A stretch of DNA of 64,000 nt from Dehalococcoidia bacterium (GTDB lineage: Bacteria > Chloroflexota > Dehalococcoidia > GIF9 > UBA5629): positions 1,184,747 to 1,248,746 of the forward strand of contig JBAZEK010000001.1 in assembly GCA_041653995.1 (NCBI GenBank). The letters are read 5' to 3'. Below the pieces are notes generated by a model. That model saw only the letters and a program-made list of their open reading frames with translations, was not told where the DNA came from and did no database searches. Both the position numbers and the translations under genes were made by a program. This document shows positions 28,449 to 38,259 of this stretch, piece by piece (the stretch's first letter is position 1; each line of letters starts with the position of its first letter).

Positions 28449-29180
28449 TTAAACGCCCCTGGCTATTCTGGCTATCAGGAATTCGGGCAGGCCCTCTTTT
28501 TCCATCTTGGCCTGCGTGGACTCGATATCGTAGGCTACTCTATAGTGGTAGATGGCGCTTTCTTCGGAATCATATATGGCGTAGCTGGCCCGAGGGTCCC
28601 GGTCGCGCGGCTGTCCCACCCCGCCTGGATTGACGATCAACCTGCTGCCGCCGAGCTTGAGGATATCTCCGTTTCCCATATATCCCTCATTGACCGATAT
28701 CCCTTCCTGCTCAAATACGAAAGGGACATGTGTATGCCCCACCAGGCAATACCTGGTATCGAAGCATTCGAAATTGTCGGAGGCCGTGAAGGCGTGCGCG
28801 ATATATTCCCACAGCGGCAGCCTGGGACTGCCGTGTACCAGGGTGAATTCATCACGCACCAGCACATCCGGAAGGTCGAGCAGGAAATCGCGATCATCAT
28901 CGCTCAGCTGTCCGGATGTCCAGCGGTTGGCGCCTGCGGCCTCCGAGTTGAAATCACCTATATCGATTTTACCCACCGCCGCCAGGTCGTGGTTTCCGCA
29001 CACGCAGGCCGGGTCAAGCGTCCTCAGCAGGCCGATGCAGGCCGAAGGATCGGGACCGTAGCCGACCACATCGCCCAGGCACCAGACATGGCCGAAACCC
29101 CCGTGGTTACAGGCGTCCTCAAGCACCGCCTGGAAGGCCTCGAGGTTGGCGTGTATATCTGCGATGACGAGGTATTTCAT
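28449..29180 (-). CDS. Metallophosphoesterase (calcineurin-like phosphodiesterase; YfcE/MJ0936 family)
   Basis: DIHAN, GDVVGYGP, GNHD and GHTH metal-binding motifs. Confidence 0.8.
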   Translation of the reverse strand: MKYLVIADIHANLEAFQAVLEDACNHGGFGHVWCLGDVVGYGPDPSACIGLLRTLDPACVCGNHDLAAVGKIDIGDFNSEAAGANRWTSGQLSDDDRDFLLDLPDVLVRDEFTLVHGSPRLPLWEYIAHAFTASDNFECFDTRYCLVGHTHVPFVFEQEGISVNEGYMGNGDILKLGGSRLIVNPGGVGQPRDRDPRASYAIYDSEESAIYHYRVAYDIESTQAKMEKEGLPEFLIARIARGV

Positions 29181-29254
29181 GAAAAACTGATTATATCATA
29201 CACATGGCGGCCGGCCGGTTGTGCCGGAATATGCATGCAGTGTATATTAACAGC

Positions 29255-29662
29255 ATGGCTATGTACTATTTCGCCTATGCCTCCAATATGAGCCGCAAAC
29301 AGATGTTGGAACGCTGCCCCGACGCCAGAGCTGTTGCTTTAGCCACTCTGCCCAATTTCAAGCTGATATTCAGTGGCTACTCCCGTTTGCGCAAAGGCGC
29401 GGTGGCTACAATCAGAGGTTCGCAGGGCGACAGGGTCATCGGCGCAGTCTATGAGATAAGCGAAGCCGGGCTGCGCAAGCTGGACAAATACGAAAACTAT
29501 CCGGTCGAATATAAGCACATGGAGGTGCGCGTTTATACCGACGGCGGCGATATGTACGATGCTATAACGTTCATTAAAGCCAGGCAGGAGGAGGAGGGAA
29601 AGCCTTCGCCCGAATACCTGGCCGTGATACAGCAGGGCTTCCGTGACTGGGGCATCATCTGA
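29255..29662 (+). CDS. Gamma-glutamyl cyclotransferase-like (AIG2/GGCT family) protein
   Basis: YFAYASNM N-terminal motif (the YGSNL-type motif of the GGCT fold). About 135 aa. Confidence 0.6.
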   Translation: MAMYYFAYASNMSRKQMLERCPDARAVALATLPNFKLIFSGYSRLRKGAVATIRGSQGDRVIGAVYEISEAGLRKLDKYENYPVEYKHMEVRVYTDGGDMYDAITFIKARQEEEGKPSPEYLAVIQQGFRDWGII

Positions 29663-29671
29663 AACGCCGGA

Positions 29672-30316
29672 TCAATTGCTCTCGGTGATCACCACTTCGA
29701 TCATCTTGTCGCCGTTCACCAGATTTTTCAACACATCCATGCCCTGCGTAAGCTGCCCGAAAACGGTGTGCTTGCCGTTCAGGTGTGGTTGCGGCGTATA
29801 GCAGATGAAAAACTGGCTGCCGTTGGTATTCGGGCCGGAATTGGCCATCGATAATGAGCCGGCCTGGTGTGTTCTGGAACTGAACTCGTCCTGGAATTTA
29901 TATCCCGGCCCGCCTGTGCCGTTGCCGCTGGGATCTCCGCCCTGCGCCATGAAATCGGGTATCACGCGGTGAAAGGTCAGCCCGTTGTAAAAACCCTTTC
30001 GCGCCAGCGTGACGAAGCTATTGACGGTGACCGGGGCGTCCTGGGGATACAGCTCCAGCGCCAGGTCTCCTTTGGCTGTCTTGATGAGGGCGGTATATTT
30101 CTTGTTAACATCGATCGTCATGGGAACCGGTGAATTATAGCTTTTAGGCTGTTGTGCGGGCATTTTAATCACTCCTGTTATAAACAACGTTAGAAATACT
30201 GCTATCAGCACCACCGCCGTGACCAGCGGTATCATGACGGACTTATTTTTGTACCAGGCCTTTTTTACAACTTTGGTTTTCTTGTTCCGTTTTTTTGACA
30301 TAGCAGGTATCGCCAT
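29672..30316 (-). CDS. ppiB: Cyclophilin-type peptidyl-prolyl cis-trans isomerase with an N-terminal membrane anchor
   Basis: FHRVIPDFMAQGGDP...GSQFFI cyclophilin signature. N-terminal Lys-rich segment plus a TM helix. Confidence 0.85.
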   Translation of the reverse strand: MAIPAMSKKRNKKTKVVKKAWYKNKSVMIPLVTAVVLIAVFLTLFITGVIKMPAQQPKSYNSPVPMTIDVNKKYTALIKTAKGDLALELYPQDAPVTVNSFVTLARKGFYNGLTFHRVIPDFMAQGGDPSGNGTGGPGYKFQDEFSSRTHQAGSLSMANSGPNTNGSQFFICYTPQPHLNGKHTVFGQLTQGMDVLKNLVNGDKMIEVVITESN

Positions 30317-30402
30317 CCTTCACATTCAGTATTTACCCCTGTTATAAACAGGGTGCTGCCGTGCAGCAGCACCCCGGGTGATACATTACACAGATTAATA
30401 TT

Positions 30403-30771
30403 CTACCAGCTTCCGAACACCGAAGTGTAGCCCAGCGCCAGCCTCACCAGCATATACACCAGGAAGATGACGCCCGAGACAAAGATCCACAGGCATAGCA
30501 TACGCCAGAAAAGACCCCAGGCCAGGCCCCAGGTAGGTTTGACATCGAGTTGCCGGTGATAATGTGCGTCGGGGGCTACTGTTGGCGTCACCGGCTGCTG
30601 GGGCATCGACATGCCTGTGATCATAGGGGCAGGGGTAGCTATGCCGGTTACGATGGGCATATGGGGAATTTGGCGCTGGTTATTCCCCAGGTGCGATCCG
30701 CATGATACACAGAACTGCTGGTTGGCGGCATTCTGTGCGCCGCAATTCTGGCATGTTACCATCTGCTGCAT
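30403..30771 (-). CDS. Hypothetical membrane protein with an N-terminal zinc ribbon (CxxC-x15-CxxC) and a C-terminal TM helix
   Basis: CQNCG...CVSCG, followed by a Pro/Thr-rich linker and a hydrophobic C-terminus. A complete ORF between two hairpins. Confidence 0.45.
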   Translation of the reverse strand: MQQMVTCQNCGAQNAANQQFCVSCGSHLGNNQRQIPHMPIVTGIATPAPMITGMSMPQQPVTPTVAPDAHYHRQLDVKPTWGLAWGLFWRMLCLWIFVSGVIFLVYMLVRLALGYTSVFGSW

Positions 30772-30872
30772 ATTTCACCGCCTGAGCTTTACTTTCCTGC
30801 ATTATATACGTGGTGCAACACTATAGCAAGACCCGCCGCCTACCTGGCACAGGCCTGTGCTATAATCACAGC

Positions 30873-31880
30873 ATGCGCATAGCGGAAATAGGCGAATTCG
30901 GGCTTATCTCAAAAATAGCGGCTCTTATCGATGAAAAAAGCGACGGGCAGTCGCCGGCCCGCAGGGATTTACTGTTAGGCATCGGCGATGACGCGGCTGC
31001 CTGGAAAAGCCCCGGCGGTATCGAGCTTATCACCACGGATATCCTTGTGGAAGAGGTGCACTTCGATTTCGCTTATACAGACTGGAAAAATTTAGGCTGG
31101 AAAGCCATGGCTATTAATATCAGTGATATAAACTCTATGGGCGGCAGGCCGCGCTATGCCCTGGTTTCACTGGCGTTGCCCGGTCGCGGCGAGGCCGCGG
31201 ATGTACTTGATCTCTACCGCGGGATACTGGAGATATCCAATACCTACGGTATAGCTGTGGCCGGCGGAAATATCTCTGCTTCAGATAAAGTCGTTATCAA
31301 TATCACTTTAACAGGGCTCGCAGATGGGAATATAATGACTCGTTCCTCGGCCCAACCCGGTGACCTGGTAGCCGTTTTCGGTTTCCCGGGCCTCTCTTCA
31401 GCCGGGCGTAAGACGCTCTCGCAGTTTATTGATCTGGATGCCGATGCGCTGCAGCTATTTAAGAACGCCCATCTCCGTCCTTCACCGGATTTTAACAGCG
31501 GCCCCCTGCTGGCCGGCCTCGGTGTCAAAACGGCAATCGATATCAGCGATGGGCTGGCAGCAGATCTTACACATATCTGTATGGCCAGTGGAGTGGCGGC
31601 CACCCTGCACTTAAATAATCTGCCCATCCATCCTCTGCTGAAAAGATATTTCGGCCGCGACAGCCTTAAAATGTGCCTGGCCGGCGGGGAAGATTACCAA
31701 CTGCTTTTAACAGCTGCACCGGATGTACTGCAAGGAGTTAATGCCGCATTCGATCAGGCTCCTGTCGTTATAGGAGAGATAACGGAGGGGCAACCATACG
31801 CCGTATCTTTACTCGACGAAGGTGGAAATCCCGTTCACATCGATTTCAGCGGCTGGGATCATTACAAACATCCTAATTGA
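30873..31880 (+). CDS. thiL: Thiamine-monophosphate kinase (AIR synthase-related family)
   Basis: N-terminal EFGLISKIA, and GDDAA...PurM-like N- and C-domains. The start was placed at the in-frame MRIAEIGEFGLI. Confidence 0.7.
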   Translation: MRIAEIGEFGLISKIAALIDEKSDGQSPARRDLLLGIGDDAAAWKSPGGIELITTDILVEEVHFDFAYTDWKNLGWKAMAINISDINSMGGRPRYALVSLALPGRGEAADVLDLYRGILEISNTYGIAVAGGNISASDKVVINITLTGLADGNIMTRSSAQPGDLVAVFGFPGLSSAGRKTLSQFIDLDADALQLFKNAHLRPSPDFNSGPLLAGLGVKTAIDISDGLAADLTHICMASGVAATLHLNNLPIHPLLKRYFGRDSLKMCLAGGEDYQLLLTAAPDVLQGVNAAFDQAPVVIGEITEGQPYAVSLLDEGGNPVHIDFSGWDHYKHPN

Positions 31881-32389
31881 CCATTGATATGCCAGGTTTT
31901 ACAGTTACCACGCAAAGCCCGGAACAAACCCGCAGACTCGGCCAGGTCATCGGCGGACTGGCGCGGGGCAACGACCTTTACCTGTTGAAAGGAAACCTCG
32001 GGACAGGTAAAACCCACCTGGTTCAGGGCATCGCCTTCGGATTGGGCATCAAGGAGTACGCCTGCAGCCCTTCTTTCATGATAGCCCGTGAGTATCACGG
32101 CCGGCTTCCTCTCTACCATCTCGACCTTTACAGGCTGGACCTTATCGAGGAGATAGCCGGCCTCGGGCTGGACGAATATTTCCGTGATGACTCCGTCTGC
32201 GCCATAGAATGGGCCGAAAAAGGAGCGCCCGTTTTGCCCGGGGACAACCTGACCATCAGACTGAAGCACCTGCCGGGCGAAAGGCGGGGTATATCCTTCA
32301 TCCCCCATGGCAAAAGATACGATGAACTGGTCGACCGTTTGAAAATCGCTCTGCGGAACGACGGGGAAGCTACATGGAACTTGCAGTAG
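31877..32389 (+). CDS. tsaE: tRNA threonylcarbamoyladenosine biosynthesis ATPase TsaE
   Basis: LKGNLGTGKTHLVQGIA (Walker A). YjeE-family length. Overlaps thiL by 4 nt. Confidence 0.8.
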   Translation: MTIDMPGFTVTTQSPEQTRRLGQVIGGLARGNDLYLLKGNLGTGKTHLVQGIAFGLGIKEYACSPSFMIAREYHGRLPLYHLDLYRLDLIEEIAGLGLDEYFRDDSVCAIEWAEKGAPVLPGDNLTIRLKHLPGERRGISFIPHGKRYDELVDRLKIALRNDGEATWNLQ

Positions 32390-33054
32390 ACACTTCGACC
32401 TCCTGGGGAGGACTGGCGATCTCACTCGAGGGCAGCCCGGTTGCAGAGCTGACCTGGAAACCGGGCCAGAACCATACATCCGAGCTTCTACCCAACATCG
32501 GAAGATTGCTGCAAACAGTGAAATCGGACTTCAGGTCGCTGTCCGCGGTGTTCGTTGCCATCGGCCCGGGCAGCTTCAACGGGCTGCGCGCCGGCATCAG
32601 TGCGGCCAAAGGCCTGGCCTTCTCTCTTAACCTGCCGCTGGTCGGCGTCAGCACACTGGAGGCTGAGGCTGTTATGTTTGCTTTTACCGGCCTGCCGCTG
32701 TGCCCCGTGCATGATGCGGGCAGGGGAGAAATCGCCACCGCGCTTTACCGTTATGCCGATGGCTGGCAGCAGCTGAAAGAGGAGCATCTCACCACAGTTG
32801 AAGCGCTGTGCGAAAAAATCGGTCAAAAGACTCTGTTTTGCGGCGAGATTCCCCCCGCTGCAATTGAAAATATCCGTGCGTCGCTGGGAGATAATGCTTT
32901 GATTCCTGAATGGGAGCAGCGCCTCAGGAGGCCGGGAAGTATCTCTTACCTGGGTTGGCGTCGGCTGAAATCAGGGCAATCCAACAGCCCTGCTGCGCTT
33001 CAGCCCCTTTATTTGAGACAGCCTCCCATAACACAGCGCAAAAAGAAATACTGA
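32374..33054 (+). CDS. tsaB: tRNA threonylcarbamoyladenosine biosynthesis protein TsaB (inactive Kae1 paralog)
   Basis: MELAVDTST...LAISLEG N-terminus and GPGSFNGLRAGIS motif. Follows tsaE. Confidence 0.8.
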   Translation: MELAVDTSTSWGGLAISLEGSPVAELTWKPGQNHTSELLPNIGRLLQTVKSDFRSLSAVFVAIGPGSFNGLRAGISAAKGLAFSLNLPLVGVSTLEAEAVMFAFTGLPLCPVHDAGRGEIATALYRYADGWQQLKEEHLTTVEALCEKIGQKTLFCGEIPPAAIENIRASLGDNALIPEWEQRLRRPGSISYLGWRRLKSGQSNSPAALQPLYLRQPPITQRKKKY

Positions 33055-33067
33055 CTGCCGGCGCCCG

Positions 33068-33574
33068 TCAATATGTCCCTGTCATATGCATCAAATACAG
33101 GATACCCGAACCTGATATCGATACCAGCCAGTCTAAAATGCTCGAGGCTGCAAGCAGATCGTTCAACCAGCCGAGCACCGGATAAATTCCCAGCAGCAAC
33201 ACCATCAACACCAGTCCAAGTGCCGCGTTGATCACGCTGAAGATACCGCCCAGCGCACTCCAGAAAAATCCACCGCTCCATATCTTGTCCAGTAAGTGGC
33301 GCGGCAACAGCAGGGCCAGGTGCATGATGATCATTATTATGCCCATGGTAATCAGGAATGTTAACAACGACCGCCATAAATGATCCGAGGCAAAACTCAT
33401 CCAGACAAAGACATAATTTGCAAAAGCGCCCGTAATAGACAGCGCGACGATAAAAGCCAGCAGCCCGCATAATTCCCTGGGCGCTCCCTGTTTCAAACCG
33501 CCAAGAAAACTGAAGACCAGTACCAGGGCCACTATGATGTCGATGATGACAGCCGCGTAAACAGGCACTTCCAT
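33068..33574 (-). CDS. CvpA-family membrane protein (start taken at the internal Met MEVPVYAAVIID)
   Basis: Four TM helices with a CvpA-like N-terminus. The longer ORF start, at 33646, cannot be excluded. Confidence 0.5.
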   Translation of the reverse strand: MEVPVYAAVIIDIIVALVLVFSFLGGLKQGAPRELCGLLAFIVALSITGAFANYVFVWMSFASDHLWRSLLTFLITMGIIMIIMHLALLLPRHLLDKIWSGGFFWSALGGIFSVINAALGLVLMVLLLGIYPVLGWLNDLLAASSILDWLVSISGSGILYLMHMTGTY

Positions 33575-33710
33575 ACCGATAATCCCTATTTTTCTCGCGT
33601 AATAGTCTATATGATTGAGGCGCGGACAACAATCTGAGAATAGCAAAATAACTGCATTAAAGATAAAATAAGTATCCGCTTACGGGCAATAAATGAAGCT
33701 TGGAGAAGAA

Positions 33711-34160
33711 ATGGAAAAAACACTGGTATTGGTCAAGCCTGACGGAGTACAACGGTGCCTGGCCGGAGAGATATTATCCAGACTCGAAAGACGCGGCCTG
33801 AAAATAGTCGCATTGAAGATGCTGCGCATGGACAGGGCGCTGGCCGAGAGGCATTATACCGTTCACAAAGAGAAGCCTTTTTTCAAAGACCTGGTAAATT
33901 TCATCACATCCGGCCCGATCATAGCAGCCGTGCTGGAGGGGGAGAAGGCGATCGAGTCGACCAGGCAGACCATGGGAGCCACAGACCCCAAGAAAGCGGC
34001 GCCCGGCACCATCCGGGCGGACCTGGGTATAAATATGGAGCATAACCTGATCCACGGTTCCGATTCAGCGGAGAACGCAGAAAAAGAAATAGTCCTCTTC
34101 TTCAAGCCGGATGAGATACTGGGTTATACCAGGGATATAGACAGGTGGCTCACTGGATAG
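33711..34160 (+). CDS. ndk: Nucleoside diphosphate kinase
   Basis: TLVLVKPDGVQR...NLIHGSD (catalytic His). Start at MEKTLVLVKPDG. Confidence 0.9.
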   Translation: MEKTLVLVKPDGVQRCLAGEILSRLERRGLKIVALKMLRMDRALAERHYTVHKEKPFFKDLVNFITSGPIIAAVLEGEKAIESTRQTMGATDPKKAAPGTIRADLGINMEHNLIHGSDSAENAEKEIVLFFKPDEILGYTRDIDRWLTG

Positions 34161-34458
34161 TCAGCAGCCGCACGGCCTTGCCGTAAACGTTTTCCAGATC
34201 ATAGAAATGGCGCATCTCTTTTGAGAAAATATGTATCACTGCGCCCAGATAATCGAGCAGTATCCAGCCTGAGTCGGAATCCCCTTCACTGCGATAGGGC
34301 GAAGCTGATTCTTTCTTGAGCGAATTCAATATCTCGCGGTGGATGGCGTCCACCTGGCGATCGCTGTCGCCGCTGCAGATAACAATATAATCCGTGAAGG
34401 AGCAGGCCTGCCTCATATCCAGCAACACCACATCCTCGGCCTGCTTATCCGAGGCCAA
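34150..34458 (-). CDS. rsfS: Ribosome silencing factor RsfS (Iojap family)
   Basis: DVVLLDMR...DYIVICSG...WILLDYGAVIHIF matches the RsfS pattern. About 100 aa. Confidence 0.8.
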   Translation of the reverse strand: MASDKQAEDVVLLDMRQACSFTDYIVICSGDSDRQVDAIHREILNSLKKESASPYRSEGDSDSGWILLDYLGAVIHIFSKEMRHFYDLENVYGKAVRLLTIQ

Positions 34459-34796
34459 CTCGACTGCCCTTCGGGCTATTTTCAGTGGCTCCAGATTTAT
34501 CTCCTCTTTAGTACTATAGTACCGGTTCTATATCTCTATATCTGATTATAGCACAGGGAAGGCGTCCCCGGCAGCAGGGCAACTCATATCCGGGCCATAG
34601 CGTCGTAGTGATGACCACATACGTTTGGGAATGCAAGAAGGTCGGGTTTGACTTTTTCACAATAATTGTCATAATTAACTCAGGCTTATGGCCTTGATCA
34701 ATCAGATGCTGTGCCAATATCAGTGCAAGCGCAAAATATGTTGGCTCTCGATAGTAAAAATTAGGATAGAAAACATCAACGGAGGTTGATTTAATA

Positions 34797-35270
34797 ATGG
34801 TACAGCAGATTAAAGCGGACAAGGATTATACTCTTGTCACGCAGATTATGCAGGTAGCCGACATATTCGTGAAAGTACGGGAGAGGGAATTACTCCCCCA
34901 GAACCTGTCGGCAACCTCGGCCGCCATCCTTTTTCTCGTAGACGCTATGGGGAAAGATGTCACCCCCGCCAGGATTTCCCGCATGCTGCTGCGCGAGCCT
35001 CACTCCATATCCGGCATCCTCATGCGCATGGAAAAGCAGGGCTTGATCAAACGAACCAAGAACATGGAGCGTAAAAACTTGATCCGCATCACCCTGACAG
35101 CAAAGGGAGAAAATGCCCTGAAACAGGCCATGAAAAAAGAGGGGACCAAGCGCGTCCTGTACAAATTGAGTGCAGAACAGCAGAGGCAGCTCAAGGCGAC
35201 TCTGACCATGCTTAAAGAGGCGGGCATGAAGGAGTTACACCTCAGTCCCAAAGCTCTGCCCTGGCCTTAA
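34797..35270 (+). CDS. MarR-family transcriptional regulator
   Basis: Winged-HTH MarR-like core (ISRMLLREPHSISGILMRMEKQGLIKR). Confidence 0.7.
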   Translation: MVQQIKADKDYTLVTQIMQVADIFVKVRERELLPQNLSATSAAILFLVDAMGKDVTPARISRMLLREPHSISGILMRMEKQGLIKRTKNMERKNLIRITLTAKGENALKQAMKKEGTKRVLYKLSAEQQRQLKATLTMLKEAGMKELHLSPKALPWP

Positions 35271-35407
35271 CTTTGATTATACGATACAGCAGGCGCCCGC
35301 GCAGTATTAATTACGGCCGGGTGCTTTGCTGTAACGGCAAACATGTTGATAAAGGATGATCCCTATACCGTTCTTATACGATTTTTCCTTTATCATCCCT
35401 GTATCAT

Positions 35408-35434
35408 TTGATATAATTAGCGTACTGTCTAAAA
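35408..35434 (+). promoter_or_regulatory. Candidate sigma70-type promoter (TTGATA-N15-TAAAAT) about 12 nt upstream of the ftsH ATG. This would give a near-leaderless transcript.
   Basis: Hexamers read directly from the sequence. Spacing is acceptable. The prediction is speculative. Confidence 0.25.
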
Positions 35435-35445
35435 TTAGGTAATAT

Positions 35446-37290
35446 ATGAAAGCAAGATGGTGGCAAGGTAGCCTTCTCTACCTACTGATCCTGGTGGCGC
35501 TGCTCGCACTGGCATTCAGCTTCTTCCCCATCAACAAAGGACCAAAAGAAGTTGATTTCTATACTTTCATCGACAATGCCAATAAAGGCCAGATCAATAC
35601 CATCCAGCAGGACGGAAACTCAATCATAGGGCTCAAGGACGACAAGCCGGTGGTTAAAGCTGCCTATGTGGGCAGCACCAAGGAGTTGATGGACAGCCTG
35701 AAGGATGCGGGCGTCAAGCTGGGGGACGACGGTATTAAGTTCGATGTGAAAACCGGCGGCTTTGACTGGGGCAGCATCATGCTGAGCTTCTTACCCCTGG
35801 TGCTTTTCGGCGCACTGCTGTTCTTCCTCTTCCGCTCAGCGCGCGGCGCCAATACTCAGGCCTTCAATTTCGGTAAAAGCCGGGCCCGTCTGGCTTCGGG
35901 CGACAAGCCGACCGTCACATTCGCCGACGTGGCCGGCATAGATGAATCAAAGGGTGAGCTCCAGGAAGTGGTGGAGTTCCTCAAATCGCCGCAGAAATTC
36001 CTGGCCCTGGGCGCCCGCATACCGCGTGGCCTGCTGCTGGTCGGCCCGCCGGGCTGTGGAAAAACGCTGGTCGCCAAGGCCACTGCGGGCGAGGCAGGGG
36101 TGCCCTTCTTCTCCATCAGCGGCAGCGAGTTCGTCGAGATGTTTGTCGGCGTGGGCGCCTCGCGTGTGCGAGACCTTTTCGACCAGGCCAAACGAAATTC
36201 ACCCTGTATCGTCTTTGTGGACGAGATCGATGCCGTGGGCCGTCACAGGGGAGCAGGCCTGGGCGGCGGCCACGACGAACGCGAGCAGACGCTGAACCAG
36301 ATACTGGTGGAGATGGATGGTTTCGACAGCAACACCGGCGTCATCGTGCTGGCAGCCACCAACCGGCCGGACATACTCGACCCCGCCCTGCTGAGGCCGG
36401 GCAGGTTCGACCGCCATATCGTTATCGACCAGCCGGACATAAACGGCCGCAGCGCCATACTGGCAGTCCACGCCAAGGGCAAGCCGCTGGCCAAGGAAGC
36501 CAAACTTGAGGTGATCGCCCGGCAAACCCCTGGATTCAGCGGCGCCGACCTGGCCAACCTGATCAACGAGGCGGCTATTTTAGCCGCCAGGCGAGACCGC
36601 AAGGATATCGGGCAAAAAGAGCTGGAGGATTCCATTGATCGCGTCATCGCCGGGCCTGAGAAAAAAGGACGCGTTATAACCAGGAGTGAGAGGGAATTGA
36701 TCGCCTATCACGAGACCGGCCATGCTCTGGCGGCCAAAATGCTGCCCAACGCTGATCCGGTGCACAAAATATCCATCGTGGCCAGGGGCATGATGGGCGG
36801 CTGGACCAGGTTCCTGCCAAGCGAGGAGCGCCATCTTGAAACCTACGAGCGCTTCAAGGACATGATGATCATCAGCCTGGCCGGCAGGGCGGCTGAACAG
36901 GTCTCACTGGGCGAATTGACCACGGGCGCGCAGAACGACCTGGAGAAGGTCACTCTGATTGCCCGCCGCATGATTACAGAGTTCGGCATGAGCCAGAAAT
37001 TGGGGCCGCGCACTTTCGGCAAAAGGGAGGAGATGATCTTCCTGGGCAAGGAGATACACGAGCAGCAGAATTACAGCGACAAGATAGCACAGGAGATAGA
37101 CGAGGAGGTGGAGTCCCTGGTCAAGGAAGCCTACACTAAAGCGCTGGAGATCATGACGGAAAATAAGCCCAGGCTAAAATACATAGCCGATTACCTGATT
37201 GAAAAAGAGACTATAGACGATCTAACCTTCGAAAAGCTGCTGAAGGACCCCCTCCCGGCGCCCGGCCTCGAGGCTGCGCCGGCTTCATGA
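35446..37290 (+). CDS. ftsH: ATP-dependent zinc metalloprotease FtsH
   Basis: Two N-terminal TM helices, AAA Walker [12 protein letters not shown] region, HEXXH (HETGHAL). Confidence 0.95.
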   Translation: MKARWWQGSLLYLLILVALLALAFSFFPINKGPKEVDFYTFIDNANKGQINTIQQDGNSIIGLKDDKPVVKAAYVGSTKELMDSLKDAGVKLGDDGIKFDVKTGGFDWGSIMLSFLPLVLFGALLFFLFRSARGANTQAFNFGKSRARLASGDKPTVTFADVAGIDESKGELQEVVEFLKSPQKFLALGARIPRGLLLVGPPGCGKTLVAKATAGEAGVPFFSISGSEFVEMFVGVGASRVRDLFDQAKRNSPCIVFVDEIDAVGRHRGAGLGGGHDEREQTLNQILVEMDGFDSNTGVIVLAATNRPDILDPALLRPGRFDRHIVIDQPDINGRSAILAVHAKGKPLAKEAKLEVIARQTPGFSGADLANLINEAAILAARRDRKDIGQKELEDSIDRVIAGPEKKGRVITRSERELIAYHETGHALAAKMLPNADPVHKISIVARGMMGGWTRFLPSEERHLETYERFKDMMIISLAGRAAEQVSLGELTTGAQNDLEKVTLIARRMITEFGMSQKLGPRTFGKREEMIFLGKEIHEQQNYSDKIAQEIDEEVESLVKEAYTKALEIMTENKPRLKYIADYLIEKETIDDLTFEKLLKDPLPAPGLEAAPAS

Positions 37291-37296
37291 CGCCGC

Positions 37297-38259
37297 CTAC
37301 TTATTTCTCTCGATAACGAAGGCTACTAGAGCTTTGAGCGACCGCCGCGCATCACAATCCGGCAGATTATTAAGTGAAAGGCTGGCCTTTTGTGAAAATC
37401 CCTGGGCGATGGACCTGCATTCATCTATGACCCCGGATTCGCGCACCTTTTCCACTGCGCCCGGCACAAGGTCTTTGCGGTGGTCCACGATAATGGCCTG
37501 GATCAGACTATTGTTTGGATGCTTCTCCGCATACAGGATGGACGGCAGGGTAGCGGCGCCCTCACTCAGGTCCGAACCAACAGGTTTCCCCAGCGATGAA
37601 GGATCTCCCACGAAATCAAGTATGTCATCGATGATCTGGAAGGCCAGCCCGAAATTGAGCGCATATTCTTTGAGGGCCTTCACCTGTTCCTCGGGACAGC
37701 CGCTCAGAACCGATCCGCACTCTGCAGCCATAACAAACAGGCAGGCTGTCTTGTCGCTGATCCATTTATAGTAGTTGTCCCTGGCGACGGCCATGTCGAA
37801 GGTATGACTGCCCTCCCTGAGCTCGCCCCCGGAGATAGTCATCAGTGTCTCGCTGAAACGCCTGATAACCCTGAGGTTCTCCGTGGTGGAGGCCAGGCTG
37901 CCCGCCCTGGAGAATAAATAATCCCCCAGCAACAGGGCGCTGTTCTGTCCCCAGGTGCGGTAAATAGCCGGCTTGCCGTGGCGCATATCGGCATTATCGA
38001 TGATATCATCGTGTACCAGTGTGCCTATATGAAGCACCTCCGCGGCTGCGGCCATGGGGATAAGTGTCTCGAGGTCGTAATGGTAAAACTTGCCGCTGAG
38101 CAGTGTAAGAGCAGGTCTGACCCTTTTGCCGACTTTCAGAAGGGCATACTGGAGCAATTGCGCCAGCAGGGGTATCTCATTACCGGAGATCTCCTCCAGC
38201 TTCAATTCCACCAGATCGAGGCCGGGCCTGACCGGGGCATATATCTGATCGAGGTTCAT
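37297..38259 (-). CDS. Polyprenyl diphosphate synthase (trans-isoprenyl diphosphate synthase)
   Basis: First DDxxD (LVHDDIIDNAD) and second (FQIIDDILDF) Asp-rich motifs. Confidence 0.85.
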   Translation of the reverse strand: MNLDQIYAPVRPGLDLVELKLEEISGNEIPLLAQLLQYALLKVGKRVRPALTLLSGKFYHYDLETLIPMAAAAEVLHIGTLVHDDIIDNADMRHGKPAIYRTWGQNSALLLGDYLFSRAGSLASTTENLRVIRRFSETLMTISGGELREGSHTFDMAVARDNYYKWISDKTACLFVMAAECGSVLSGCPEEQVKALKEYALNFGLAFQIIDDILDFVGDPSSLGKPVGSDLSEGAATLPSILYAEKHPNNSLIQAIIVDHRKDLVPGAVEKVRESGVIDECRSIAQGFSQKASLSLNNLPDCDARRSLKALVAFVIERNK

